Shown: positions 32,029 through 45,205, counted from the first letter of the stretch. The stretch is 64,000 nucleotides of DNA from Deltaproteobacteria bacterium (GCA_043781235.1 JAYWBT010000174.1:113-64112), one strand, 5' to 3'. A program made the numbers and translations. The notes: generated by a model not told the origin, from the sequence alone.

Positions 32029-33347
32029 TCCTCGCCGCGCTCCTCGTCTCCGCTGCCAGCAGCGCGGCGGCGCTGGTCCCCACCGCGTCGCACGCCGCCG
32101 TCTTGCTCGACGGCGCCGCCGCCAGCAGCGGCTTCCGCGCCCTGCTCCAGACCGCGGGCACGCACACCGGCATGTTGAGTCCGGACGCCGTCGGCAGCGA
32201 CCTGCGCAGCGCCATCGGCGTCGATCTGCTGACCGACACAGCGCCGTGGGGTCTCGCTCCCCAAGGCCCGCGCGCCATCGTGTTCTCCTCGGGCTCGGTC
32301 GCCCTCTCGGCGCCGGTGAAAGACGCCAAGGCCGCGCGGAAGAGCCTCGACGCCTGGCTTGCGGAGGCCGGTCCGGCGCGTCCCACGCGGCCCGCCCCGC
32401 TCAAAGGCCCCGCCGCCGCGGGCCAGCGCGCCGCGCTGATCGATCACGGCCGCCTCTTCATCGGCTCCGGCCCGCACGCCACCGCCCTGGTCTCCACGCT
32501 CGCGCACCTGAACACCAAGGCCTCGCTGGCCAGGGACCGGCCGTTCGCCGCCGCCATCGCGCGCGCCACCGGCCCCGCGGCGTTCTTCTTCCGCGGCGAC
32601 ACGCTGCTGAAGGGCGGCGTTCTCGCGCTCGACGCCAGCGCCTCGGGCCTGGTAGCGCGCGGCCTCGTGCTCCCCGAAGGCGACGCGCCGCTGCTGGTCG
32701 GCGAAGCGCCGCAGGAGTGCGGCGCGGGCACTCTCGCCTGCCTCCGCGCCGAGCTTGGCGGCGCCGGCCGGGCGCTGCTCGCCGCGGCGGTGCGCGAATA
32801 CCTCTGGTCCGCGCTGCCCCCCGCGCCGCGCGATCTCTTCGACGCCATCGCGCAGCGCGCGAGCGCGACGGCCGGCAAGCTCGCGTTGAGCGTCGCCGGC
32901 CTCGACGCGGACCTGCTCGGCGACGGCCGAGACTCCATCTGGGCGCTCCGCTTCTCCGGCGCCGCGGAGGCCACCGCGACGCTTCCAGAGCGCGTGCCGA
33001 ATGGCGTGGCCCGCACGGCGACCGGCCTCTCGGTGAACCGGGGCCAGCGGCCGCTCTGCCTCGAGGTCGCCGCGAAGACCATCGCGCTCTCGTCCCCCTG
33101 CGCTCCCGCGCCCGAGTTGAAGGGCGGCTCGGACGACGCGCTCAACGCGTCGATCGATCTGGTGGCCATCGACCGCGCCCTCTCGAAGCTCTCGCCGCTC
33201 GACGCGCTCAAGGGTCCGGTCGCGGCGGGCGCTTACGGCGCGCACCTGATTTGGGGCGCCTTGGTCCGCAACGCGGGCCCGCTCACGCTCACCGGCCGCC
33301 CCGCGGGCGCCGCCGCCGCCATCGAGCTGCGCCTGCCGCTGCGCTGA
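32025..33347 (+). CDS. hypothetical exported protein
   Basis: Signal-peptide-like N-terminus, TTGA overlap with the upstream gene, host-like codon usage. Confidence 0.7.
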   Translation: MILAALLVSAASSAAALVPTASHAAVLLDGAAASSGFRALLQTAGTHTGMLSPDAVGSDLRSAIGVDLLTDTAPWGLAPQGPRAIVFSSGSVALSAPVKDAKAARKSLDAWLAEAGPARPTRPAPLKGPAAAGQRAALIDHGRLFIGSGPHATALVSTLAHLNTKASLARDRPFAAAIARATGPAAFFFRGDTLLKGGVLALDASASGLVARGLVLPEGDAPLLVGEAPQECGAGTLACLRAELGGAGRALLAAAVREYLWSALPPAPRDLFDAIAQRASATAGKLALSVAGLDADLLGDGRDSIWALRFSGAAEATATLPERVPNGVARTATGLSVNRGQRPLCLEVAAKTIALSSPCAPAPELKGGSDDALNASIDLVAIDRALSKLSPLDALKGPVAAGAYGAHLIWGALVRNAGPLTLTGRPAGAAAAIELRLPLR

Positions 33348-34934
33348 TTACTGCCCGGTATAGATGCCGACCGCGCCGAGCTGGAACGCCACCAGCACCT
33401 CGCGCTTGCCATCTTTCCTGATGTCGACCTGGATGTTGTTGATGACGCTGGTCGTGAGCTGGTTGCCCAGCACATCAGACTTATAGTGGCGCACTGACCC
33501 ATCAGCCATGAACCGGCTGAGTCCAACCTCGGAGTGGTAGGCGACCCACACGCTCCCATCGAGCGGGTCGGCGGCGACGGCGCCAAGGTGCTTGTCGAGA
33601 AGCTGCGGCGTCAAGTCACGAATGAGGCCACCGCTGCGGTTGGTCACCCGCAATCCTTTCTCCTGTGAACCGAACCACACCTCGCCGTTTGCCAGAGCCG
33701 CGAGGCCCGAAATGGCGTCGTCCACGCGGTCCTCCTTCGCGAGGTTGTCAGGTACCCTGTCTGGCCAGATATCGAGCTTGTTCGAGGCGTCATCCTCGGT
33801 GGCCGTCTGCGCCCTCCAGTAGCTGCCGGTCGTTCCATACTTGAAGCGCGTGCTCCGGATCAGTCCGCCGAACCAGACGTCATGGGGCGCCAGCGGATCC
33901 AGGCTGACGCCAAAGTAATTGTCGGTCAGGATCTCGCCGCGGGAGCCGGAGACCGCCGGGTGCACGTGCTCAAAGGTACCGGTGCAGGAAAGCTGTCCCG
34001 CGCAGGTCGGGTCCCCGGCGAAGTCGGCGCGGCCCCAGGCGAAGCCGTGGTTGCCGCCAAACCAGACGTTGTTGGTCCCGTGCTCGTAGACGACGCGATA
34101 GATCGTGCAGACCTTTTCCCGCCCTCGAAGTTCGTTTGGCACGACGTTCGTTCCCGAGAAGATGTCGTAATGAGCCACGCTGATGCTATTTCCGACCAAC
34201 GAGACCTTGTCCGCGTCTCCCGATTTGTAAATGCTCGGGTCGGTCGGAGCACCTCGATTGTAGTCGTAGTCCCATTCGTCTTCGCAGCCCGGCTGTCCTG
34301 GCGCGATACCGTCTGATGCATCCAGGCGTCCCCGATAGCCGATGAAGGCAATGCCTCGCGTGCCGCCGGCAACCGAAATCGCGTTCAGGTAGGGGTTGCG
34401 ATCGGCCGGGCTTCCGTCGGGCATATAGCCATAGGGATGCAATCCATCCGCGAGCGAGAAGCGCTGGAAGGCCGTCGCGGTGCTCTTCAGAACGAAGACC
34501 CCTGCTCGACCTCCGGCGACCCAAAGGTTTCCGTCTTCATCACGCGAAACGTCCTGCACGTCGTTGGCCGGCAGGCCGTCGCTGGTGGTCAGGAACTTCC
34601 AGCCGGCGCCATTGCCGACCACGATCGTGCCGGCGTCCGTGCCGCCGTCGGTCGCGGTGCCGCCATCGGTCCCTGCGTCCGTGCCGCCATCGGTCGCGGT
34701 GCCGCCGTCGGTCCCTGCGTCCGTGCCGCCGTCGGTCGCGGTGCCGCCGTCCCTGGCAATCCCCCCATCGACCCCGAGGCCGCCGTCAGCCACAGGTCCC
34801 GTGCCGGCGTCCGCGCCCGCATCCGTTCCGCCGTCACTGCTGATGTCCGGCGTCTGAACGTTCTTTTCGGATCCGCCGCACGACCAGACCGCAACCGCCA
34901 ACGCTCCCGCCACCCACGCAAAGCTTGACCGCAT
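33348..34934 (-). CDS. lipoprotein with DGG/T low-complexity linker and beta-propeller-like domain
   Basis: Lipobox VWSC; DGLPANDV...DEDGNLWVAG, DGSVWV propeller-type blades; ATG 34934. Confidence 0.75.
   Translation of the reverse strand: MRSSFAWVAGALAVAVWSCGGSEKNVQTPDISSDGGTDAGADAGTGPVADGGLGVDGGIARDGGTATDGGTDAGTDGGTATDGGTDAGTDGGTATDGGTDAGTIVVGNGAGWKFLTTSDGLPANDVQDVSRDEDGNLWVAGGRAGVFVLKSTATAFQRFSLADGLHPYGYMPDGSPADRNPYLNAISVAGGTRGIAFIGYRGRLDASDGIAPGQPGCEDEWDYDYNRGAPTDPSIYKSGDADKVSLVGNSISVAHYDIFSGTNVVPNELRGREKVCTIYRVVYEHGTNNVWFGGNHGFAWGRADFAGDPTCAGQLSCTGTFEHVHPAVSGSRGEILTDNYFGVSLDPLAPHDVWFGGLIRSTRFKYGTTGSYWRAQTATEDDASNKLDIWPDRVPDNLAKEDRVDDAISGLAALANGEVWFGSQEKGLRVTNRSGGLIRDLTPQLLDKHLGAVAADPLDGSVWVAYHSEVGLSRFMADGSVRHYKSDVLGNQLTTSVINNIQVDIRKDGKREVLVAFQLGAVGIYTGQ
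34626..34751 (-). repeat. 3 x 42-bp coding tandem repeat (DGGTATDGGTDAGT)
   Basis: Three identical 14-aa units with near-identical DNA. Confidence 0.92.
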
Positions 34935-34992
34935 AGAAATCCCCGCCCCCAAAATCCCCGCCCACCACCCGGACTGCCCCGGGCTGACGGAG

Positions 34993-35008
34993 AGCACGGC
35001 GCGTGCCA
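34993..35008 (-). promoter_or_regulatory. sigma54 -24/-12 promoter for the lipoprotein gene
   Basis: Minus strand TGGCACGCGCCGTGCT with GG-N10-GC spacing, about 60 nt upstream of the ATG. Confidence 0.65.
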
Positions 35009-35070
35009 GTTACGAGCCGGGAGAGCGGGCGGATGTAAGGGAAAAGCTTTTCCCGATCGAGACAATCGAA

Positions 35071-36498
35071 GTGTCAGATCCCAGGTCCGCGGACGGCCAG
35101 CCAGGGCAGGACCTTCGTGCTATCGATATCGCCGTGGATGCCGAGAGCTGCTATCGCGCGGTCGAGAGCCGGGACGCCCGCTTTGCAGGCAAGTTCTATG
35201 TCGCCGTCGCGACCACCGGCATCTACTGCCGGCCCGGCTGCCCGGCGCGGACTCCGCGGCGCGACAACGTCCGCTTTTATCCATCCGCCGCCGCCGCCGA
35301 GGGCGCTGGCTTCCGCGCCTGCCTGCGTTGCCGCCCCGAGGCAGCGCCCGGTACATCAGCCTGGTCCGGCACCGAGGCGACCATCGCGCGCGCGGTCCGC
35401 CTGCTCGAGGAGAGCGGCCACGCGAGCGGGCTGGCCGACCGGCTCGGCGTCGGCGATCGGCATCTGCGCCGCCTCTTCGCGCGCCACCTGGGCGCCTCGC
35501 CCGCGGCGGTCCTGCGCACCCGGCGATTGCACCTCGCGCGGCAGATCATCGAGAGCTCTGCGCTGCCGATGATCGACGTCGCGCACGCCGCCGGCTTCAC
35601 CAGCCTGCGCCGCTTCAACGAGGCGGTGAAGCGCGGCTTCGGGCGCCCGCCGACCGAGCTGCGCGCGAAGGTCGGCACGCGAAGCTCGCCTTCGTCGCCC
35701 GGCACTGCGCTTTCGCTGCGGCTCCCCTTCCGCCCGCCGCTCGACTTCGCGCGGCTGCTTGCCTTTCTCGAGCCGCGCTGCATTCCGGGGATTGAAGCCA
35801 TTCAAGCTGGCGCGTACCTGCGCACCGTGCGCGAGGGCATCGTCGAGGTGCGGCCCGGCGGCGCGGCCTACCTCGAGCTGCGCCTGCCGCTCGCGCTCTC
35901 GTCGCAGGCGTTCGGGATCGTCGCTCGGGTGCAGCGCCTCTTCGACCTGCGCGTCGACCCGCAGCCGATCGCGCGGCACCTCGCGACCGACCCGCTGCTC
36001 GCGCCGCTCGTCACCCAGGGCCTGCGCGTGCCGGGCGCGTGGGAGCCTTTCGAGATGGCGGTGCGGGCCGTCCTCGGCCAGCAGATCTCGGTGCAGCGGG
36101 CGCGCGATCTGGCGCGGGAGATCGCGCTCGAGCACGGTGAGGTGCTCCCGCACGGGTTGCTCTTCCCCCCGGTCGAGCGGCTCGCGCAGGTCGAGCTCAA
36201 AGGCATGCCCGGCGCGCGCGCCCGATCGATCCGCGCTCTCGCGCAGGCGGTCGCCTCGGGCGCACTCACGCTCGACGCCGCGACCACCATCGACCAGCTG
36301 CGCGCGGTGCCGGGCATCGGGCCCTGGACGGCCGAGGTGATCTCGATGCGCGCCCTCGCCAGCCCCGACGCGTTCCCCTCCGGCGACCTCGGCCTGTGCA
36401 AGACGATGCAGCTGGACCCGCGCGCGCTCGAGGCGCGCGCCGAGCGTTGGCGACCCTGGCGGAGCTACGCCGCCGCCGCCATCTGGAGCGCACCATGA
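35071..36498 (+). CDS. alkA: Ada Zn-domain/AraC-AlkA fusion (DNA-3-methyladenine glycosylase II)
   Basis: TTGIYCRPGC, GFRACLRCRP, AraC HTH, LGQQIS, HhH VPGIGPWTA, WRPWRSYA; start may be GTG 35134. Confidence 0.92.
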   Translation: MSDPRSADGQPGQDLRAIDIAVDAESCYRAVESRDARFAGKFYVAVATTGIYCRPGCPARTPRRDNVRFYPSAAAAEGAGFRACLRCRPEAAPGTSAWSGTEATIARAVRLLEESGHASGLADRLGVGDRHLRRLFARHLGASPAAVLRTRRLHLARQIIESSALPMIDVAHAAGFTSLRRFNEAVKRGFGRPPTELRAKVGTRSSPSSPGTALSLRLPFRPPLDFARLLAFLEPRCIPGIEAIQAGAYLRTVREGIVEVRPGGAAYLELRLPLALSSQAFGIVARVQRLFDLRVDPQPIARHLATDPLLAPLVTQGLRVPGAWEPFEMAVRAVLGQQISVQRARDLAREIALEHGEVLPHGLLFPPVERLAQVELKGMPGARARSIRALAQAVASGALTLDAATTIDQLRAVPGIGPWTAEVISMRALASPDAFPSGDLGLCKTMQLDPRALEARAERWRPWRSYAAAAIWSAP

Positions 36499-36977
36499 CG
36501 ACCGCACGGATCGAGACGCCGCTGGGCCGCATCTTCCTCCGCGTCAGCGCCGGCGCTTTAAAAGAGCTGCGCTTCGAGGACGGCGCTCTCCACGAAGAGC
36601 CGGGTGCGAAGCCATTCGCCGATCGCCTCCGCGAGTATTTCAAAGGCGACCTGCGCGCCTTCGACGGCGCGCGCCTCGAGCCCGCGGGAACGTTCTTCCA
36701 GAAGTCCGTCTGGGAGCAGGTCCGCAAGATCCCCGCGGGCCAGACGCGCGCCTACGGAGACCTCGCGCGCGCCCTCGGCCGCCCCACGGCCTCGCGCGCG
36801 GTCGGCGCCGCCAACGGCGCCAACCCGGTCTGCCTCGCCATCCCCTGCCATCGCGTGATCGGCAAAGGCGGCGCGCTCACCGGCTACGCCTGGGGCCTCG
36901 AGCGCAAGCGTTGGCTGCTCGAGCACGAGCGCACCCAGCCGCGGCTTCTGCTTCCAAGCGAGGGCGCGCCGCAGTAG
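36495..36977 (+). CDS. ogt: methylated-DNA--protein-cysteine methyltransferase
   Basis: GTFFQ..VW, RAVGAANGANP, IPCHRV; ATGA overlap. Confidence 0.95.
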   Translation: MTTARIETPLGRIFLRVSAGALKELRFEDGALHEEPGAKPFADRLREYFKGDLRAFDGARLEPAGTFFQKSVWEQVRKIPAGQTRAYGDLARALGRPTASRAVGAANGANPVCLAIPCHRVIGKGGALTGYAWGLERKRWLLEHERTQPRLLLPSEGAPQ

Positions 36978-36989
36978 GTTGCGCGCGCC

Positions 36990-38621
36990 ATGAGCGAAGC
37001 CAAGGTCACCGACACGCAGCTTCCACCCGAGCCCCACGGCGGTATCTCCTCCGCGGCCCGCGCCGAGCGCCTCTCTGGTCTCGACGCTTTTGACAAGCTC
37101 GCCGCTTTGAACGCGCAGGCCGAGCTGGGCGGCGGCCAGGACCGCATCGAGAAGCAGCACCAGGACGGCAAGCTGACCGCGCGCGAGCGGATCGATCTGC
37201 TGCTCGACCCCGGCTCGTTCGTCGAGATGGACAAGTTCAAGACCCACCGCAACGACGACTTCGGCATGGCGTCGAAGAAGATCCTCGGCGATGGTGTGGT
37301 CACCGGCTACGGCACCGTCGAGGCCCGGCAGGTGTTCGTCTTCGCGCAGGACTTCACCGTCTTCGGCGGCAGCCTGTCGGGCGCCTACGCCGAGAAGATC
37401 TGCAAGGTGATGGACCTCGCGGTCTCGACCGGCTGCCCGGTAGTGGGCCTCAACGACTCGGGCGGCGCGCGCATCCAGGAGGGCGTGGTCTCGCTGGCGG
37501 GATATGCGGATATCTTCCTCCGCAACGTCTCCAGCTCGGGGGTGGTCCCGCAGCTCTCGGCCATCCTCGGCCCCTGCGCGGGCGGCGCGGTGTATTCGCC
37601 GGCCATTACCGACTTCATCGTGATGGCGAAGCAGACCTCTTATATGTTCATCACCGGCCCCGACGTCATCAAGACGGTGACGCACGAGGAGGTCAGCAAG
37701 GAAGACCTGGGCGGCGCGCAGGCGCACAACTCCAAGAGCGGCGTGGCGCACTTCGCGGCCGAGGACGAGGCCGGGGCTCTACGGATCCTGCGGGAGCTAT
37801 TGAGTTACCTGCCGTCGAACAATCTGGAAGACCCACCGGTGGTGGCGACCGAAGACCCGCCCGACCGGCGTGACGACTCCCTGAAGACCGTCGTTCCCGC
37901 CAACGCGAACAAGCCTTACGATATCAAAGACGTGATCCGCGCGGTGGTCGACGACAAGCACTTCTTCGAGGTGCAGGAGCATTTCGCGAAGAACATGGTG
38001 ACCGGCTTCGCGCGGCTCTCCGGCCGCACCGTGGGCATCGTCGCGAACCAGCCTGCGTTCCTCGCCGGCGTGCTCGACATCGACGGCTCGCGCAAAGGCG
38101 CGCGATTCGTCCGCACCTGCGACGCGTTCAATATCCCGCTGCTCACTTTCGTGGACGTCCCGGGCTTCTTGCCCGGCACCACGCAGGAGTGGGGCGGCAT
38201 CATCACGCACGGCGCCAAGCTGCTCTATGCCTTCGCCGAGGCGACCGTCCCCAAGCTGACCGTCATTACCCGCAAGGCCTATGGCGGCGCCTACGACGTC
38301 ATGTCGTCCAAGCACATCAAGGCCGACGTGAACCTCGCCTGGCCGACGGCGGAGATCGCGGTGATGGGGCCGGATGGCGCGGTGAACATCGTCTTCCGCA
38401 AGGAGCTCGACCAGGCGACCGACAAGGAGGCGACGCGGAAGGAGCTGGTGCAAAAGTATCGCGATACCTTCGCCAATCCGTATAAAGCGGCCGAGCTGGG
38501 ATATGTCGATGAGGTGATCGCGCCGGAGGACACCCGGCCGCGCCTCTGCCGGGCGCTGCAGATGCTGCGCAACAAGCGCGCCGAGGTCCCGCAGCGCAAA
38601 CACGGCAACATCCCGCTCTAG
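36990..38621 (+). CDS. pccB: acyl(propionyl)-CoA carboxylase beta subunit
   Basis: [54 protein letters not shown]. Confidence 0.92.
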   Translation: MSEAKVTDTQLPPEPHGGISSAARAERLSGLDAFDKLAALNAQAELGGGQDRIEKQHQDGKLTARERIDLLLDPGSFVEMDKFKTHRNDDFGMASKKILGDGVVTGYGTVEARQVFVFAQDFTVFGGSLSGAYAEKICKVMDLAVSTGCPVVGLNDSGGARIQEGVVSLAGYADIFLRNVSSSGVVPQLSAILGPCAGGAVYSPAITDFIVMAKQTSYMFITGPDVIKTVTHEEVSKEDLGGAQAHNSKSGVAHFAAEDEAGALRILRELLSYLPSNNLEDPPVVATEDPPDRRDDSLKTVVPANANKPYDIKDVIRAVVDDKHFFEVQEHFAKNMVTGFARLSGRTVGIVANQPAFLAGVLDIDGSRKGARFVRTCDAFNIPLLTFVDVPGFLPGTTQEWGGIITHGAKLLYAFAEATVPKLTVITRKAYGGAYDVMSSKHIKADVNLAWPTAEIAVMGPDGAVNIVFRKELDQATDKEATRKELVQKYRDTFANPYKAAELGYVDEVIAPEDTRPRLCRALQMLRNKRAEVPQRKHGNIPL

Positions 38622-38663
38622 CATCCCCACCCCGAATGGCCCTCTTCAGGGCAAGGAGACTTT

Positions 38664-39233
38664 GTGATTCGTCATCTGGCAGCTGCCATGGTTTTCGGCG
38701 CACTTCTCACCTCTGGAACCGCTTTCGCAGCAGACGCCGTTGCAGCGCGCGGTGAGCCGAACAGCATCATGGATACCAGCGCCCACGTCCGTCCCACGGA
38801 CCTGAGCGTGCTGGGGTTCCTTCCGTTCTACGGCTATGGCTTCGGACTCGGCGTGGAGGGCCGCTACGAAATTCCCGTGGTGAGGAGCGGCTTCATCCCT
38901 TCCCTCAACAACTCGATCAGCATCGAGCCGAGCTTCGGCATCTCGTACAGCGGCTCTGGCGTGTCGGGCAGCGACTACCACCTCACCGTCTTCAGCCCGG
39001 CGGTCTACGGCATCTGGTCCTTCTGGTTCTCGGAGCAGTTCCGCGCCTACGGCGGCCTGGGCCTCGGCTACAACATCGCCGTTGTCTCCGGCTTCAACGC
39101 CGGGACCGAGAGCTTCAGCTCCTTCTACTGGGATCCGGTGATCGGCCTCTTCTACCGTTTCGCGCCGGCCCTGGCCTTCCGCGCCGAGGCTGGCCGAGAA
39201 GCCATCAAGGCGGGCGTGTCGTTCTTCTTCTAG
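38664..39233 (+). CDS. putative outer-membrane beta-barrel protein
   Basis: Signal peptide (AFA), aromatic/Gly-rich amphipathic strands, C-terminal Phe. Confidence 0.7.
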   Translation: MIRHLAAAMVFGALLTSGTAFAADAVAARGEPNSIMDTSAHVRPTDLSVLGFLPFYGYGFGLGVEGRYEIPVVRSGFIPSLNNSISIEPSFGISYSGSGVSGSDYHLTVFSPAVYGIWSFWFSEQFRAYGGLGLGYNIAVVSGFNAGTESFSSFYWDPVIGLFYRFAPALAFRAEAGREAIKAGVSFFF

Positions 39234-39252
39234 CCCTGCCTCGGAGTCCTTC

Positions 39253-40521
39253 CTGCAACCAGCCAGGCGCCTCTCGCTCGTCGATGCCATCGGCATCGGC
39301 GTCAACGGCATCGTCGGCTCGGGCGTGTATCTTTTAATCGCGCCGCTCGCGGCAGTGGGCGGTGGCGCCAGCGCGCTCGGGGTCATCGCCTGCGGCATCC
39401 TCTGCGTGCTGATCGCGCTCTGCTTCGCCGAGCTGTCGAGCATGTTCGACCGCAGCGGCGGTCCCTATGTCTACGCCCGGGAGGCGTTCGGCAGCGTGGT
39501 CGGCTTCGGCGTCGGCTGGTTCGGCATGGCGACCGGCCTCCTCGGCCTCGCCGCCGTCTCGGTCGGCTTCGCCGGGGCGCTCGCGCGGTTCGTGCCGGCA
39601 GCCTCGACGGCCAAGGTCCCCATCGCGGTCGGGCTCATCTGCGCGCTTGGCGGCATCAACTATCTCGGGGTCAAGGCTGGAGGCCGCACCTCGACCATCT
39701 TATCGGTCGTCAAGATCGCGCCGCTCGTGCTGCTCGCGCTCTTCGGCCTGCGCTTCGTGAGCTTCCAGCATATCCACCTCGGCTTCCAACCAATCGTGCG
39801 CTCCGCCTTCCTGGCCATCTTCATGATGTCGGGATTCGAGTACGCAGCCGTCCCCGCCGGCGAGGTCAAGGATGCCAGGCGCACCGTCCCGCTCGCCATC
39901 GTCGGCAGCCTCGCTTTTGCGTGCCTGCTCTACGCCTTGCTCCAGCTGGTCTCGGTCGGAGCGCTCCCCGATCTGGCCCAGCGCGAGCAGCCGCTACCCG
40001 ACGTCGGCGCGCTGCTCTTTCCCCACGGCGCGCGCATCATCGGCATCACCGCGGTGATCTCGATGGCTGGCTTCTGTTCGAGCGTGGCGCTGATCGCGCC
40101 GCGCTACTTCCTCGCGCTCGCCGAGGACGGCTACCTGCCGCAGGTTCTCGCGCGCAGCTCGCGCCACCAGACGCCCGGCGCGGCCATCCTCGCCTCGACC
40201 GCCTCCGCTTCGGGCCTCGCCATCCTGCTCGGCTATGCCTCGCTGGTCGATGTGGCGAATGTGGTCATCCTCTCCGGATATGCCCTGACCTCGCTCGCCT
40301 GCCTGGTGCTGCGCTTCCGCCTGCCGGACGCGCCGCGCCGCTATCGGCTGCCGTTCGGGCCGCTGATTCCCCTGCTCGCCACCGCCAGTGCCGTCGCGCT
40401 GCTGGTCTCGGCGCGGCCGCGCGCGGCGGAGTTTCAGTTCTCCGGAATGCTCCTGCTGATCGGCTTCGCCGCCTGGCTTGCCACCTGGCTGGCAAGGCGC
40501 GCGCTCCCGCGGCAGCGTTGA
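39253..40521 (+). CDS. APC-family amino acid permease
   Basis: RRLSLVDAIGIGVNGIVGSGVY, FAELSSMF..SGGPYVYA, GFE, AGEVKD; TM1 lies upstream of GTG 39325, so CTG 39253 is proposed as start. Confidence 0.9.
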   Translation: MQPARRLSLVDAIGIGVNGIVGSGVYLLIAPLAAVGGGASALGVIACGILCVLIALCFAELSSMFDRSGGPYVYAREAFGSVVGFGVGWFGMATGLLGLAAVSVGFAGALARFVPAASTAKVPIAVGLICALGGINYLGVKAGGRTSTILSVVKIAPLVLLALFGLRFVSFQHIHLGFQPIVRSAFLAIFMMSGFEYAAVPAGEVKDARRTVPLAIVGSLAFACLLYALLQLVSVGALPDLAQREQPLPDVGALLFPHGARIIGITAVISMAGFCSSVALIAPRYFLALAEDGYLPQVLARSSRHQTPGAAILASTASASGLAILLGYASLVDVANVVILSGYALTSLACLVLRFRLPDAPRRYRLPFGPLIPLLATASAVALLVSARPRAAEFQFSGMLLLIGFAAWLATWLARRALPRQR

Positions 40522-40551
40522 GCGATCCCTGATTCTGGTACGCTCGGCGGC

Positions 40552-41016
40552 ATGAAGACGATCGAGTTCTCGACGCTGCTCGCCTCGAGAACCGGAGCGC
40601 CGGTGCTGCCGGTGCCGCGCGAGGCCAGCGCGGCGCTGGGCGCACGCGAGCGCGTCGAGGTGCGCGGCACGCTCAACGGCCACCCGCTGCGCGGGGCTGC
40701 CATGCCCGACGGCAAGGGCGGTCACGTCATTCCATTGACGCCGGCCGCCGCCGGCGCGGCGGGCCTCGAGCCGGGCGATCGAGCGATCGTGGTGCTCGAG
40801 CTCGACTCCGCCACCGGCGAGCTCGCGGTGCCGCCCGATCTGGAAAAGGAGCTGCAGCGCAACGTCGCCGCGCGACGGCTCTGGGCGAAGCTCAGCGCCG
40901 ATCAGCAGAAAGCGTTCGTCGAGTGGGTCGCGTCGTCGCGAGGTTCCGCGCTGCGCTTGCGACGCGTGGTCGAGGTGGTGCAGCGCATCGCGATGGGCAA
41001 GACGACCGCCCTCTGA
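40552..41016 (+). CDS. DUF1905 + YdeI/OmpD-associated domain protein
   Basis: VEVRGTLNGHP, VPPDL...L, W.KLS...QK.FVEWV. Confidence 0.8.
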   Translation: MKTIEFSTLLASRTGAPVLPVPREASAALGARERVEVRGTLNGHPLRGAAMPDGKGGHVIPLTPAAAGAAGLEPGDRAIVVLELDSATGELAVPPDLEKELQRNVAARRLWAKLSADQQKAFVEWVASSRGSALRLRRVVEVVQRIAMGKTTAL

Positions 41017-41630
41017 TGCAGCGGCTGCGCTGGCTCCTGGTGCCGCTGGGCTTGTGCGCGCTGGTCGCGGTGGGCGCGCACGCCAGCGCCGACGTGCTGG
41101 GCGACCGCATCCTCTGGGCGGTCGATGGCGTGGACGCCTTCTTCGACGCTCTCTTTTCGCGCTGGTCGGTCACGGCACCGCTCGTCGATTGGGTGGGCTT
41201 GAGCCAGCGGGTCTTCTTCGCGCGCGGGGTTGCGCTTCTCTGGGAGCTCGCGGCCGACGCGCTCCTGGTGCTGCCGCTGGTCGGCTACCAGGAGCGCGCG
41301 GTGCCTGCGGAGCTCACCCTCGCCCGCAAGCTCCTGCGCAAGACGGCGCGCAAGCCGTTGCCGATCCGCATCGTGCTGCCGCTCTGCACCGCGGCGATTG
41401 CCGTCGGCGGCGCGCGCGCGGTGGCGCACCTGGTCCGCAGCTCGCTCTTCAAAGCCCCCCTGATCGCGCACGCTCTCGGCGCGGCGGTGCTCTTCCTGTT
41501 GGTCGCGCTCTTCGCCTCGCGCGCCACGCTGCGTAGCCTGGAGCACGCCGACTCCCGCAAGCCGTCCAGGGCGTACGGCCTGCTCGCCTCCTTGATCCTC
41601 ATCCCGCTCGCCATCGCAGCGTTCGCATGA
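41016..41630 (+). CDS. hypothetical membrane protein
   Basis: TGATG overlap, 4-5 hydrophobic helices, coupled to the M23 peptidase. Confidence 0.7.
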   Translation: MQRLRWLLVPLGLCALVAVGAHASADVLGDRILWAVDGVDAFFDALFSRWSVTAPLVDWVGLSQRVFFARGVALLWELAADALLVLPLVGYQERAVPAELTLARKLLRKTARKPLPIRIVLPLCTAAIAVGGARAVAHLVRSSLFKAPLIAHALGAAVLFLLVALFASRATLRSLEHADSRKPSRAYGLLASLILIPLAIAAFA

Positions 41631-42526
41631 AGCGTGCGCTGCTCTGGACCGAAGGCGCGCTGGTCGCGCTCTGCCTCTGGGCCGCGTGGTATCGCACGCC
41701 GGCGGGCGCTCTGTTGCGCACGCTCGCCGCGCGCGTTCTCGGCATCCGCACCAGCGCGCGGCCATTGCTCGCGTATTACTCGGCGGGCGCATATGCGGAG
41801 AAGCCTCCCGCGCCGTTGCAGCTCCGCGGGCCGGTGCCTCCCGGCGAGGCGCTCGCCTACGGCGCCGCGCAGCTGCAGGGGCGCGCGCCGCGCGAGGTGG
41901 CCCGCGAGCTCGACCGGCTGCGGCGCGAGCTGGGCTCCGACGAGGCGGCGGTGCTCGCGCTCTTCTGCGGCGAGGAGCCCGCGCGCTGGGCGTCGCTGCG
42001 CGCCGACGGGCGCGATCTCGAGTCGCTCGCGCGCGAGCTGCCGCCGACCTATGCGGACCAGGTCGCGCGCGCATCCCAGGCGATCATGCTCGGCGCCGCC
42101 TATTCTCTCGCCTGGCCGCTCCCGGCCCCGACGCCGGTGACCTCGCCCTTCGGTCCGCGCGAGCACCCGGTGCTCGGCGGCACGCGGATGCACAACGGCG
42201 TCGATCTCGGCGTGCCGGAGCGGACGCCGGTCCGCGCGGTGGCGGCGGGCGTGGTGCGCCGCGCCTCGAGCGACGACTCCAACGGCCGCATCGTCATCCT
42301 CGACCACGGCCGCGGCGTCACCACGCTCTATTGCCACAATGACGAGCTGCTGGTGCACACCGGCGACCGCGTCGAGCGTGGCCAGATCATCTCGCGCTCG
42401 GGGAATACCGGCCGCTCCACCGGCCCGCACCTGCATTACCAGCTCGAGCTCGCGGGCCAGCCGGTCGATCCATTCCGGTATCGGGTCGCGCACGCGCCTC
42501 CGGTCTCGGCCGGCGCCAGCGACTAG
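41627..42526 (+). CDS. M23 family metallopeptidase
   Basis: TSPFGPR, HNGVD, GNTGRSTGPHLH. Confidence 0.92.
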   Translation: MKRALLWTEGALVALCLWAAWYRTPAGALLRTLAARVLGIRTSARPLLAYYSAGAYAEKPPAPLQLRGPVPPGEALAYGAAQLQGRAPREVARELDRLRRELGSDEAAVLALFCGEEPARWASLRADGRDLESLARELPPTYADQVARASQAIMLGAAYSLAWPLPAPTPVTSPFGPREHPVLGGTRMHNGVDLGVPERTPVRAVAAGVVRRASSDDSNGRIVILDHGRGVTTLYCHNDELLVHTGDRVERGQIISRSGNTGRSTGPHLHYQLELAGQPVDPFRYRVAHAPPVSAGASD

Positions 42527-42592
42527 GAGCGCGGGCGACGGCGGGCGCGAGATCGAGCGCGCTGATCAGGCGCCGTGATAAGACGCGCGGCC

Positions 42593-45201
<2,609 letters not shown>

Positions 45202-45205
<4 letters not shown>

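Noticed and set aside
34626-34751. 42-bp repeats as CRISPR or mobile-element ends
   Set aside because: In-frame coding tandem repeat with no spacers.
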